From Candidatus Limnocylindria bacterium (lineage in GTDB: Bacteria; Chloroflexota; Limnocylindria; Limnocylindrales; CSP1-4): a stretch of DNA of 64,000 bases. The stretch covers positions 5,361-69,360 of the forward strand of contig JBGQBD010000001.1 of NCBI GenBank assembly GCA_041494645.1, given 5' to 3'. The position numbers were made by a program, and so were the translations under genes. How positions within the stretch are numbered: position 1 is the first letter of the stretch; each line of letters starts with the position of its first letter. The notes below the pieces were generated by a model. The model was not told where the DNA came from and searched no databases. It saw only the letters and a list, made by a program, of their open reading frames with translations. Positions 1 to 9,197 of this stretch are shown piece by piece.

Positions 1-87
1 TGGGAGTGATCGACTTCCTCAGCCGCGAGCCGAGTCTCGAGGAGACGTTCCTGGCCCAGTATGGCCGTGAGGCCCCCGAGGTGAAGT
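1..87 (+). CDS. ABC transporter ATP-binding protein, C-terminal fragment (partial at window edge)
   Basis: In-frame translation ...GVIDFLSREPSLEETFLAQYGREAPEVK* resembles the C-terminal tail of ABC ATPases. Its stop overlaps the ATG of the downstream permease (ATGA coupling). Confidence 0.45.
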
Positions 88-1777
88 GATGGCCGTCGCC
101 GCGGGCAGCCCGTCGCTCGGAAGGGCTTCGACGGTTCCGCTGCGAAGCCGCCTGTATGGCTTCGGCAGCATCTATGCCAAGACCATCCGCGATTCGCGCC
201 TGGCCTTCCTCATCGTCGCCGGACTGCTCGGCGGCATCATGCTCGCCGGCGATATGGCATTCGGGACCGCCTATGCGACGCCCGCATCGCGGGTCGACCT
301 CAAGACCGTCATCGACACCATCCCGGCCGCCCTCAAGGGCCTGTACGGCAACCCAGTCAACGTCGAAACGCTGGGAGGTTCCCTGAGCTGGAAGTACGGG
401 CCATTCTTCGCCCTGATCGCCGGGCTGTGGTCGGTGATGGCCCTGTCCGGCACTCTCGCGTCCGAGGCCCAGCGCGGCAGCCTGGACATGGTGGCCGCAT
501 CCCCATTCGGAAAGCGGCGCATCGCCCTGGAGAAGCTGGCCGCGCATCTGACCGGCATGTTCCTCGCGATGGCGTTCCTGGCGATCCTGACCTACGTCGG
601 CGCCGCGGCCTTCGGCCAGCCGTCGCTCGGCGACCAGATCCCCGTCCAGGGCGCCGTCGGTTTCGCGCTCTGGGTCGGGCTCATCGCCCTGGCCTCTGGA
701 TCGGTGGCCTGGGGACTGGCGCCGTTCGTGGGCCGGGCCAGCGCCGCGGGTGTCGCCGGAGCGCTCCTGATCGGCGGGTACGCGATCAGCGGCTACTCGG
801 CATCCGTGCCGGCGCTGCGGCTCCCGGCGGATCTGAGCTGGTTCCACTGGACGGCCAACCACGTGCCGATGGCCGGACAGTACGACTGGCCCTCTCTCGT
901 GCCGGTCGCGATCCTGATCGTCGTCCTGTTCGCGGTCGGCGTCGTCGCGTTCGACCGGCGGGATCTGGGAGCCACGAGCGCCATCCCGGTGCCGGCCATG
1001 CCGGGCGCCCTGCTGGGCACGAAAGGCCCGACCGGCCGGGCCTTCGGCGAGCGCCTGCCGATGGCCCTCGCGTGGGGCACAGGCCTGGCCGTCTTCGCGG
1101 CGCTCATCGCCGCTTCCAGCCGGTCGTTCGCGGAAGAGATCGCCAAATCGAGCGAGACCTTCAAGCTGTTCACGACGCTCTTCAAAGGCTACGACATAAC
1201 CACGGGGGGCGGGTTCCTCCAGCTCATGTTTGCCTACGTCGGCTACATGGTGATCGGGCTCGCGGCCGCGGTTCTCGTCTCCGGCTGGGCCTCGGACGAG
1301 CAAGACGGCCGCCTGGAGATGCTCCTCGCGGCTCCGCTCGGGCGTGTTCGGTGGGCGCTTTCCGGCGGCGTGGCGGTCCTGGGCGGGATTGCGGTCATTA
1401 CCGTCGTGGCGATGCTGGGCGTCGCCATCGGTGTGGCCGCGGCCGGCACGGACGTACTCACGCCCACGCTGGGGGTGGTGCCGATCGGCCTGTTCGCGGC
1501 CGCGGCGGCAGGGATCGGGTTCGCCGTCGGCGGGCTCTTCCGCAACAGCATCGCGGGCGAGTCGGTCGCGGTCTTCGTGATCGTGACGTTCCTGATCGAT
1601 ATGCTGGCGCCGCCGCTCAACCTGCCCGACTGGTTCCACCAGCTGGCTCTGTCGGCCCACGTAGGATTGCCAATGGTCGGCCAGTGGGATCCGTTGGGTA
1701 CCGCCGTGTGCGTCGCCATCGCCGCGGGCGGCCTGCTGCTCGGCGCATGGGGAATGACGCGGCGGGACGTGGACTGA
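86..1777 (+). CDS. ABC-2 family transporter permease (duplicated 6+6 TM membrane protein)
   Basis: 563 aa, highly hydrophobic with about 12 predicted TM segments arranged as two ABC-2-like halves. It is translationally coupled to the upstream ATPase fragment. Confidence 0.6.
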   Translation: MMAVAAGSPSLGRASTVPLRSRLYGFGSIYAKTIRDSRLAFLIVAGLLGGIMLAGDMAFGTAYATPASRVDLKTVIDTIPAALKGLYGNPVNVETLGGSLSWKYGPFFALIAGLWSVMALSGTLASEAQRGSLDMVAASPFGKRRIALEKLAAHLTGMFLAMAFLAILTYVGAAAFGQPSLGDQIPVQGAVGFALWVGLIALASGSVAWGLAPFVGRASAAGVAGALLIGGYAISGYSASVPALRLPADLSWFHWTANHVPMAGQYDWPSLVPVAILIVVLFAVGVVAFDRRDLGATSAIPVPAMPGALLGTKGPTGRAFGERLPMALAWGTGLAVFAALIAASSRSFAEEIAKSSETFKLFTTLFKGYDITTGGGFLQLMFAYVGYMVIGLAAAVLVSGWASDEQDGRLEMLLAAPLGRVRWALSGGVAVLGGIAVITVVAMLGVAIGVAAAGTDVLTPTLGVVPIGLFAAAAAGIGFAVGGLFRNSIAGESVAVFVIVTFLIDMLAPPLNLPDWFHQLALSAHVGLPMVGQWDPLGTAVCVAIAAGGLLLGAWGMTRRDVD

Positions 1778-1822
1778 TCGCCGACGCCGCCCCGGAGAGG
1801 CGGGACGCACCCCGAGCACGCG

Positions 1823-1851
1823 GAGAGGCGACCGGTTTCCGGCCGCCTCTC
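1823..1851. terminator. Bidirectional intrinsic-terminator-like hairpin between convergent genes
   Basis: gagaggcgaccgg-ttt-ccggccgcctctc is a near-perfect 13-bp inverted repeat between the convergent permease and htrA ends. Confidence 0.4.
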
Positions 1852-1869
1852 GAAATGAGCTTACGGGTT

Positions 1870-3018
1870 TCAGCCGGGCAGCTGGCCCAGGGTCACACTG
1901 ATCGTGGTGGTCGTGCCGTCCTGATGCTGAACCTTCATCTTCACCACGTCGCCGGGATGGTGGGCGGCCAGGGTGCCGGCCAACGTCGAGCCGTCCGGGA
2001 TGGCCGTGCCGTCGACGTCCACGATGGTGTCGCCCGCCACGAGGCCGGCGGTCGCGGCCGGCGTGCCGGGCTTGACGGCGACTATCAGGGCGCCGCCGCC
2101 ATTGGCGTCGCTCATCGTGACTCCAAGGAAGGAGCGACCCGAGTTGGTCACCCTGCCACTGGCAATGAGCTGATCCGCAATCACCTTGGCGCGGTTGCTC
2201 GAGATCGCGAAGCCGATACCTGGCGCGCTACCGCCGAGCTGGGGGTCGGTCGCGGCCAGAGTCGGGATCCCCACGACCTCGCCCCGAAGATCCACGAGGG
2301 CGCCGCCGCTGTTGCCGGGGTTGATCGCCGCGCTGGTCTGGATCACGTCCGGGAGGGCGTTGCCGCTGGGCTCGCTGACCTGGCGCCCCAGGGCGCTGAC
2401 GATGCCCTCGGTGACGCTGGACTGGAGGCCGAGAGGATTGCCCACGGCCAGGACGAAGTCGCCGACCGACAGGGCGGACGAATCGCCGAAGGTGGCAGGG
2501 GTCAGGCCGGTGGCGTTGATCTTGATGACGGCGATGTCGTCGGGGACATAGCTGCCGACCAGCGTTCCCGGATACGCGTGCCCGTTGGAGAGCGTTACGG
2601 TGAACGTGGTCGAGCTGCCCACCACATGGGCATTCGTGACGATATCGCCCTTGGAGTCGTAGATGATGCCCGAGCCGAGGCCCTGGTCGGTCTCGATCTG
2701 GACGACTTCAGGCTTGACCAGCTTGATGACGCTGACCATCTGGTCCTGGAGCGCACCGGCTGCACCACTGACCGTCGTCACCGCCGCCGGCGCAGGCGTT
2801 GGCGTGGACGTGGCCGGCTGGAGGACCGCCGGGGCGTAGCCTCCTCCGGTCGGGCTCGCATTCGCAACAAGGGCCGCGACGGCTGAATTGGCCGTTTGCC
2901 CAAGGTCCGTGATCGTCCCTGTCGAGGTACCGCAGGCTGCCGCGACCACGCCGACGAAGACGAGAAGGAGAATCGAGGCGAGACGGGTCGCCTTAAGCCG
3001 CCGCACTTGGGATGCCAT
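1870..3018 (-). CDS. htrA: HtrA/DegP-family trypsin-like serine protease with C-terminal PDZ domain
   Basis: Has a GNSGGAL catalytic serine motif, a TNAHVV His region and a DIAVIK Asp region, an N-terminal TM/signal segment, and a C-terminal PDZ-like domain. The ORF extends to 3060; the start at MASQVRRLK (3018) is preferred. Confidence 0.8.
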   Translation of the reverse strand: MASQVRRLKATRLASILLLVFVGVVAAACGTSTGTITDLGQTANSAVAALVANASPTGGGYAPAVLQPATSTPTPAPAAVTTVSGAAGALQDQMVSVIKLVKPEVVQIETDQGLGSGIIYDSKGDIVTNAHVVGSSTTFTVTLSNGHAYPGTLVGSYVPDDIAVIKINATGLTPATFGDSSALSVGDFVLAVGNPLGLQSSVTEGIVSALGRQVSEPSGNALPDVIQTSAAINPGNSGGALVDLRGEVVGIPTLAATDPQLGGSAPGIGFAISSNRAKVIADQLIASGRVTNSGRSFLGVTMSDANGGGALIVAVKPGTPAATAGLVAGDTIVDVDGTAIPDGSTLAGTLAAHHPGDVVKMKVQHQDGTTTTISVTLGQLPG

Positions 3019-3153
3019 GTTGGACCTCCTGGATGACGCCCTACTAGGATCTGGCGTCATCGACTGAGGCCATGTTTCTACCGTAAGCTGAATTGAATCT
3101 GAAGCAGGCCCGTCCAGTTACCACTGTCACGGCCGCCGGCCCGGCCGCCGCCC

Positions 3154-3624
3154 CTAGGCCGTGGCCGACCCGTCCGCCGAAACGGCGCCTTCCCTCTCGC
3201 CGAAACAGACCGACTCGAACACGAAGAGCTGCGTCCCCTTCTCGCGCCAGGCGCTCCCGGAGAGTCCGGCCTTGCGACAGACCGCGTCGAGCATCTGCTC
3301 CCTGTCCCAACCCATCTCCGTGGCGACTTGCGGGAGCAGCAGGCCGCGGCGCATGCCTCTCTCCACGACGATGCCGTGCCGGCCTGGTTGGAAGCCGGAC
3401 GGGTCGCGCAGCTCGACCGGCGGCTCGAGCACGGATACCTCCACCTCAAGGGCCGGGACCTCCGATTCGGTGACCGGGAGGAAGCGCGGGTCGTCCAGGG
3501 CCGCGGCCACGGCGGCGTCGCGGACGTTGATCCAGAGCGGAACGTCATAGCGCATCAGGCCTATGCAGCCCCGCAGCTCGCCGTTCTCACGCAGCGTGAC
3601 GAAGGCCGCCGCGAGCTCGGCCAT
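3154..3624 (-). CDS. AMMECR1-domain protein (AmmeMemoRadiSam system protein A)
   Basis: Carries the LRGCIG signature of the AMMECR1 family and is divergent from the cognate radical SAM and MEMO genes. Conserved N-terminal residues (KRRLLDIARGAIEAAV) are encoded in frame upstream of the only ATG with no canonical start, so the true start is uncertain. Confidence 0.7.
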   Translation of the reverse strand: MAELAAAFVTLRENGELRGCIGLMRYDVPLWINVRDAAVAAALDDPRFLPVTESEVPALEVEVSVLEPPVELRDPSGFQPGRHGIVVERGMRRGLLLPQVATEMGWDREQMLDAVCRKAGLSGSAWREKGTQLFVFESVCFGEREGAVSADGSATA

Positions 3625-3965
3625 GGCAGGCGAGGGGGCGCCGGTGTCGGGCTCTGGACGCGGACCGCGGCAGACCGCGGCCTCGATGGCGCCGCGCGCG
3701 ATGTCGAGGAGCCGGCGCTTGTCGGATGGTTCGGGTTGTCTCGTGGTCGCCTCGCAGCTTGACGTGCAAGAGGCTACGCCCCTCGCGCCGTGACGCCAGG
3801 GTCAAATGGCGCGTTCTGGAAGCGGAGCGCCAACCGGTCGGTTGCGACCGGAGGGGTCGCGGCCAGAGCGAGCCGGGCCACCCCTTCCGAGCGGGCCGCT
3901 CGGGCCGTTCGGCCCTATTCCGGGTTCGTCTTCCGGACGAGCATCAGACACGAGGAATCCGCTCC

Positions 3966-5048
3966 GTGTCACCGCTCGCGCCATCTCAATCGCTCACAGG
4001 CGACTCGGCCAGGCTCGCCGTGCTGGCCGTGTCCGAGGCGCACGGAGCAGTCCGGTGCGTCGCCTGCGCCCATCGCTGCCTGGTCCGACCCGGTCGGGCC
4101 GGGATCTGCCGCGTCCGCGAGAATCGCGACGGGGCGCTGGTCACGCTCGTGTACGGACGTGCCGTAGCGGCCAATGCCGACCCGATCGAGAAGAAGCCTC
4201 TCTTCCACGTCTACCCCGGCAGCGTGGCCTACTCGATCGCCACCCGAGGCTGCAACTTCCACTGCCTTCACTGTCAGAATTGGGCCATCTCGCAGGCCGC
4301 CCGCGACGGGTTCGCCGCCCCGTCCTTCGCCCTCGCTCCGAGAGACGTCGTCCGGGCCGCTCTGGCGGCGGGATCGCGCAGCATCGCCTACACCTACACC
4401 GAGCCGACGATCTTCATCGAGTACGTCCTCGACACGGCCCGGCTGGCCGCCGAAGCCGGCCTGGCCAACCTCCTGGTGACGAACGGCTACCAGACTCCGG
4501 AGGCGCTCGACCTGCTCGGCCCTCTCGTCGCGGCCGCCAACGTCGATCTCAAGTCGTTCGACGACCGCTTCTATCGGAAGGTCTGCGGTGCCCGTCTCGC
4601 TCCGATCCTGGCCACGCTCATCGGCATGCGCGAACGCGGCATCTGGGTTGAGGTGACGACGCTCCTGATTCCGGGCCTGAACGATGATCCCGACGGGCTT
4701 GCCGCGCTGGCTCGCTGGATCGTCGCCGAGCTCGGGCCGGAGACGCCCTGGCACGTCAGCCGCTTCCACCCGACCTACCGGCTGACCGACCTGGACCCGA
4801 CTCCGACGGCGACGATGGAGCGGACGATCGAGATCGGCCGGACCGCCGGGCTGCGCCACGTCTACTCGGGCAACCTCGGCAACGGCGACGAGGACACGCG
4901 CTGCGCCGGTTGCGGCACGACTCTGATCCGGCGCCACGGGTTCCAGGCCATACGAACGGGGCTGACCGAGGGCAGATGCGCGCACTGCGGCCGGGCGCTG
5001 GCAGGGATCGGGCTGGCCGAGTTCAACGGCGCGGCGGCGACCCGATGA
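3966..5048 (+). CDS. AmmeMemoRadiSam system radical SAM enzyme (PFL-activating-enzyme-like)
   Basis: Has the CNFHCLHCQNW CxxxCxxC radical SAM motif, an N-terminal VRCVACAHRC cysteine cluster, and a DPIEKKPLFHVYPGS block typical of this subfamily. The start is GTG at 3966 (RBS gagga upstream) or 4020, within a longer ORF from 3726. Confidence 0.8.
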   Translation: MSPLAPSQSLTGDSARLAVLAVSEAHGAVRCVACAHRCLVRPGRAGICRVRENRDGALVTLVYGRAVAANADPIEKKPLFHVYPGSVAYSIATRGCNFHCLHCQNWAISQAARDGFAAPSFALAPRDVVRAALAAGSRSIAYTYTEPTIFIEYVLDTARLAAEAGLANLLVTNGYQTPEALDLLGPLVAAANVDLKSFDDRFYRKVCGARLAPILATLIGMRERGIWVEVTTLLIPGLNDDPDGLAALARWIVAELGPETPWHVSRFHPTYRLTDLDPTPTATMERTIEIGRTAGLRHVYSGNLGNGDEDTRCAGCGTTLIRRHGFQAIRTGLTEGRCAHCGRALAGIGLAEFNGAAATR

Positions 5049-5917
5049 GTCGCTCCTCCCGGTCCCCGGCCGTGGCCGGGACCTTCTATCCAGGGGAACC
5101 TTCCCGACTCCGGGATATGGTCCGGGAGTTGATCGCCGAGGCCGCGGAGAGGACACGGCCGGCGGACCTCGATCCTACGACCGTGCTCGGGCTGATGGTG
5201 CCGCATGCGGGCCTGGTCTACTCCGGCGTGATCGCCGCGCTCGGCTGGGTGCTGGCAGGCGAGATCGCGCCGGCAACGATCGTCCTGGCCGGCACGGATC
5301 ACCAGGCCTGGGCTCGAGGGGTCGGCGTCTGGACCGGCGGCCCGTGGCGAACCCCACTCGGCGAAGTGCCGATAGACGAGGAGCTGGTCGCCAGGATCGT
5401 GGCCCTGGGTCCTCCCTTCGCGGCCGACGACGACGCCCATCTCGCGGAGCATTCGCTGGAGGTCCAGCTGCCCCTCATCTCCGCCACGTGCCCGGCGGCC
5501 CGGATCGCCCCTCTGGCAGTCAGCCCGCGACTCGGGACTCATGCCCAGGCCGGCGCCATGCTCGGCCGGCTGCTGGCGGAGCGGCGCGCGGCCGGAGAGC
5601 GAATCCTCCTCGTCGCCAGCTCGGATATGGCTCACTACCCACCGGCATCGGTCTGCGAGAAGGCGGACGCCGAGCTGCTCGAGCCCCTGCTGCGACTGGA
5701 CGCGGACGCCCTCAACGCCCTGGACGCGAAGATCCAGCGCGACCACCTGCCCGGGCTGGTGTGCGGGCTGTGCGGCATCGACCCGGTCCGGGTCACACTG
5801 GCGGCCCTCGTGGAGCTGGGCGCCGGGCGCGGCATCCTCCTGGGCGCGGCAACCTCCGCGGACGCGGGCGGCGATCCCGGCCGGACGGTGGGCTACGCCG
5901 CCGCGGCGTTCGTCTGA
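5045..5917 (+). CDS. MEMO1-family protein (AmmeMemoRadiSam system protein B)
   Basis: Has AGTFYPG, PHAGLVYSG, EHSLEVQLP and DMAHY-like motifs of the MEMO1/extradiol-dioxygenase-like family. Its ATG overlaps the radical SAM stop (ATGA). Confidence 0.8.
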   Translation: MSRSSRSPAVAGTFYPGEPSRLRDMVRELIAEAAERTRPADLDPTTVLGLMVPHAGLVYSGVIAALGWVLAGEIAPATIVLAGTDHQAWARGVGVWTGGPWRTPLGEVPIDEELVARIVALGPPFAADDDAHLAEHSLEVQLPLISATCPAARIAPLAVSPRLGTHAQAGAMLGRLLAERRAAGERILLVASSDMAHYPPASVCEKADAELLEPLLRLDADALNALDAKIQRDHLPGLVCGLCGIDPVRVTLAALVELGAGRGILLGAATSADAGGDPGRTVGYAAAAFV

Positions 5918-5949
5918 CCTCCCGGAGCGGCGGCGGTAGGCTACGCACA

Positions 5950-6585
5950 ATGAGCGACGACTCGCAGCATTGGGCCGACTACTACGCCGTCACCGTCGAG
6001 CGACCGGCCTGGCAGACGGTCTGCAAGGCGATCGACCTCTTCCGCGCCGAGGACGATGCGGCCGGCAGGAGCGGTGCGAGCGGGTCGGGCGAGCGCTTCG
6101 CCGTGGATCTCGGGTGCGGTGCCGGACGGGACGCGCGCCAGCTGCTGCGGGCCGGGTGGCGGGTGCTGGCGGTCGATCGGGAGCCGGCCGCGCGGGTTGC
6201 GATCGAGAGGGCCACAGAACCCGAATCGAAGCTGCGGCTTGAGATCGTCATCGCCGACCTCGCCGACGTGGAGATCCCTTCATGCGACCTCGTCAACGCC
6301 AGCCTCAGCCTGCCCTTCCTGGCGCCTGATGCGTTTCACAGTGCGTGGCAGCGGATCATGGCGGCGCTAGCGCCTGGCTCCCGCTTCTCGGCCATGCTCT
6401 TCGGCGACCATGACGGATCGGCTTCCGAGCCGGACATGACCTGCCTGGCGCCCGAGCGGATCCGGGCCGATCTGTCGGACTTCGAGATCGAGCACTGGTC
6501 GGTCAAGGAAGAGGATTCCCAGACAGCCCTCGGCGACCCGCATTATCTCCACCTGATCGAGGTCGTCGCCAGACGAGTTCGCTGA
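5950..6585 (+). CDS. Class I SAM-dependent methyltransferase
   Basis: Has the VDLGCGAGRD motif I of Rossmann-fold methyltransferases. It lies 32 bp downstream of the MEMO gene on the same strand. Confidence 0.7.
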   Translation: MSDDSQHWADYYAVTVERPAWQTVCKAIDLFRAEDDAAGRSGASGSGERFAVDLGCGAGRDARQLLRAGWRVLAVDREPAARVAIERATEPESKLRLEIVIADLADVEIPSCDLVNASLSLPFLAPDAFHSAWQRIMAALAPGSRFSAMLFGDHDGSASEPDMTCLAPERIRADLSDFEIEHWSVKEEDSQTALGDPHYLHLIEVVARRVR

Positions 6586-6818
6586 GCGTGGACGGGCGGC
6601 TGGCTGCCCGCGTCAAACAGCGCCGAACTCGGCGCCCGTCCCGACCCTCGATGCGCCGGGCGCCACACGCGCGCGGCCGTTCGACGGATTCCGGCGTCTG
6701 CCTTAGCCTATGGGACCGCCCGCACAACATCTGCGGCTGGACTTTACCTGTCCTTCACAGACCGATCTCATTCTGGTGACCGGTCGGACGAATACGAATG
6801 AACCCGCAAGGAGAGCCA

Positions 6819-8477
6819 ATGAGATCGGCAAACGCCGAAGATGCGCCGGTTCATCCGGCCGTTGAGGTCAACGCCAGGGCCCGGTTCGAGATCCTGGGCG
6901 CCATCCTGCTCGCCCTCTTCCTCGGCGCGCTCGACCAGACGATCGTGGGACCGGTTCTGCCGACGATCGCCAAAGAGCTCAATGGGATCGACCTCTACAC
7001 CTGGGTCGTGACCGCATACCTGGTCACCAGCACCGCGGCCATCCCCGTGTACGGCAAGCTGTCCGACCTGTATGGGCGCAAGCCGATGCTGATGGTGGGG
7101 ATCTGCGTCTTCCTGGCCGGCTCCGTCCTGTCCGGGCTCAGCCAGACGATGTGGCAGCTGATCCTCTTCCGCGGCGTGCAGGGCCTGGGCGCCGGGGCGC
7201 TCTTCCCGATCTCCCTGGCGGTCATCGGCGACCTCTTCACCCCGGCCGAGCGCGGCAAGTACCAGGGCCTGTTCGGTGCCGTCTTCGGCGTCGCCTTCCT
7301 GGTCGGCCCGTTCATCGGCGGCGTCCTGACAGAGCACCTGTCGTGGCATTGGATCTTCTTCGTCAACCTTCCGATCGGGCTCGTTTCCCTCTACCTGATC
7401 GGCCGTCTTCTTCCGACCGTGCGCACGGCCGGTGCTCGCTTCACCCTCGACGTCCCGGGCGTCGTCCTTCTGACCTTCGCGATCGTGCCGACCCTCATCG
7501 CCCTGACGCTGGCGGAAACCAGCAGCTGGGCCGACCGGACGGTCCTTGTGTGGTTCGCGGTAGGCCTGGTCTCGCTGGCCGCCTTCCTGTTCGCCGAGAC
7601 ACGGGTCGAGGATCCGGTCATCCCGCTCGACCTGTTCAAGAACCGCACGTTCGCGGTCTCGGCCGTGGCGACCCTGTTCGCCATCTTCGGCTTCTCTACT
7701 CTGATCATCTTCCTGCCGCTGTGGTTCCAGGTCGTCAAGGGTGACAGCCCCACGGCCTCCGGCTATGCCCTGTTCCCGTTCCTCGCCGGGCTCATCTTCA
7801 GCTCGATCCTGGCCGGCCAGATCGTCAGTCGAACCGGCCGCTACAAGGTCCTGATCGCAGTCGCCATGGCGGCCCTGACCCTCGGACTGGCGCTCTTCAC
7901 GAACCTCCGCGACGACACTCCCTCGCCCGTCCTGTGGGCCTGGATGCTAATCGCCGGTCTCGGGGTTGGGCCCACGATGGCAATCTTCACGCTCATTGTC
8001 CAGAACGACGTTCCGTTCAAGCGTCTCGGCACGGCCACGAGCGACCTGACGCTCATCCGCCAGATCGGCACGTCGCTCGGCCTGACGGTCGCCTTCACGT
8101 TCTTCCGCAACAACCTGAGCTGGGGGCTGATCCACGACTCGGTGGTGAGAGCCGGAGCGCCCGCACAGGCCGTCCCCGCGACGGCGCCCAAGGGCTTTGA
8201 CGTAGGCAGCCTGACGGCGGTCGGCAGCACCCCTGCGAACGCGCTGGCCAACGTGCCGGCGCAGATGGTCGGTTACTACGTCTCGGGCTTCCATGAAGCC
8301 TTCTCCATTGCTCTCGCGAACTCGATGTGGGTCGGCGTGGGCGCGGCCGCTCTGGCGTTCGTGACGGTGCTGGCTCTGAAGGAGAAGCCTCTGCGAGCCC
8401 ACTTCCACGCCGAGCAGGCCGCCAGGGCGGGACTTGCGCACGCGCCGGCCGGGACAGCCTCAGAGGCGGCACAGTAG
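6819..8477 (+). CDS. MFS transporter, DHA2 (EmrB/QacA, 14-TMS) drug:H+ antiporter family
   Basis: About 550 aa with 14 hydrophobic segments and N-terminal LGALDQTIVGPVLPTIAKELNG typical of DHA2. The second ATG at 6819 (MRSANAED) is preferred because it has an aaggagag RBS. Confidence 0.8.
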   Translation: MRSANAEDAPVHPAVEVNARARFEILGAILLALFLGALDQTIVGPVLPTIAKELNGIDLYTWVVTAYLVTSTAAIPVYGKLSDLYGRKPMLMVGICVFLAGSVLSGLSQTMWQLILFRGVQGLGAGALFPISLAVIGDLFTPAERGKYQGLFGAVFGVAFLVGPFIGGVLTEHLSWHWIFFVNLPIGLVSLYLIGRLLPTVRTAGARFTLDVPGVVLLTFAIVPTLIALTLAETSSWADRTVLVWFAVGLVSLAAFLFAETRVEDPVIPLDLFKNRTFAVSAVATLFAIFGFSTLIIFLPLWFQVVKGDSPTASGYALFPFLAGLIFSSILAGQIVSRTGRYKVLIAVAMAALTLGLALFTNLRDDTPSPVLWAWMLIAGLGVGPTMAIFTLIVQNDVPFKRLGTATSDLTLIRQIGTSLGLTVAFTFFRNNLSWGLIHDSVVRAGAPAQAVPATAPKGFDVGSLTAVGSTPANALANVPAQMVGYYVSGFHEAFSIALANSMWVGVGAAALAFVTVLALKEKPLRAHFHAEQAARAGLAHAPAGTASEAAQ

Positions 8478-8506
8478 GGTTCGCGGGCGGCGGACTGACC
8501 GCCGCC

Positions 8507-9070
8507 TCAGCCCTTGGCCTTCGGCCAGCGCTCCTCGAAAACGACCTCGCGCCGCGGCAGCCGAGCCGCGCCGGGAGCGCTCTTGGGCCGCTTCGCGGCT
8601 TCGCTGGGATGGCCGATGGCGACGATCGTCCGAGTGAATCTGCCCTCGGGAAGACCGAGGATCTCGCGGATCGCATCACGCCTGTCCGGCAGGATCCAGG
8701 TGATCCCGGCTCCGAGCCCGAGAAGAGATGCGCCAATGAGGATCCGCTCCGCGGCCCGGCCTTCGTCGAAGGCATTGGAGACGCCCTGACCCGGCTGCTC
8801 CGGAAGGACGATCGCGATGGCCGCCGGGGCGGTCAGCAGGGCCCGCGTCTGAGGCATGGCCGCATCGGCGATGCGCCTGATGGTGGCCCGGTCGCGCAGG
8901 ACGACGAACCGCCACGGCTGGGCGTTCGTGCTGCTGCCCGACCAGCGGGCGACGTCGGCAAGACCATCCAGCTCGGACGCGGCCACAGCCCCTTCCAGGA
9001 AATCGCGAACCTGCCGAACGCGGATCAAAGGCCGCACGAGATCGGCTGCATGGCTGGACAGGTTATCCAT
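8507..9070 (-). CDS. Nitroreductase family protein
   Basis: 187 aa with N-terminal ...SSTNAQPWRFVVLRD... and a C-terminal ...IVAIGHP... region characteristic of the NADH/FMN nitroreductase fold. Confidence 0.7.
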   Translation of the reverse strand: MDNLSSHAADLVRPLIRVRQVRDFLEGAVAASELDGLADVARWSGSSTNAQPWRFVVLRDRATIRRIADAAMPQTRALLTAPAAIAIVLPEQPGQGVSNAFDEGRAAERILIGASLLGLGAGITWILPDRRDAIREILGLPEGRFTRTIVAIGHPSEAAKRPKSAPGAARLPRREVVFEERWPKAKG

Positions 9071-9197
9071 TCTTGCCCTCCGCTACGCCGCCCGAGGCAC
9101 ACGCCGCGCCGCTGGCGCTCCTCCGTGGCCATCGGGCCGGCGGAAGAGATCGTGACGTTCACGATACGCGCCCGGACCGACCCCGGCATCCGGCGGG

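Noticed and set aside
427-2886. 819-aa plus-strand ORF spanning the permease 3' end and antisense to htrA
   Set aside because: Extremely Arg/Gly/Pro-rich, with no motifs. It overlaps two well-supported genes and is a typical high-GC antisense or shifted-frame artefact.
3969-5156. 395-aa minus-strand ORF antisense to the radical SAM gene
   Set aside because: The sense-strand product has the full radical SAM and Cys-cluster motifs, while the antisense product is Arg/Asp-rich with no motifs.
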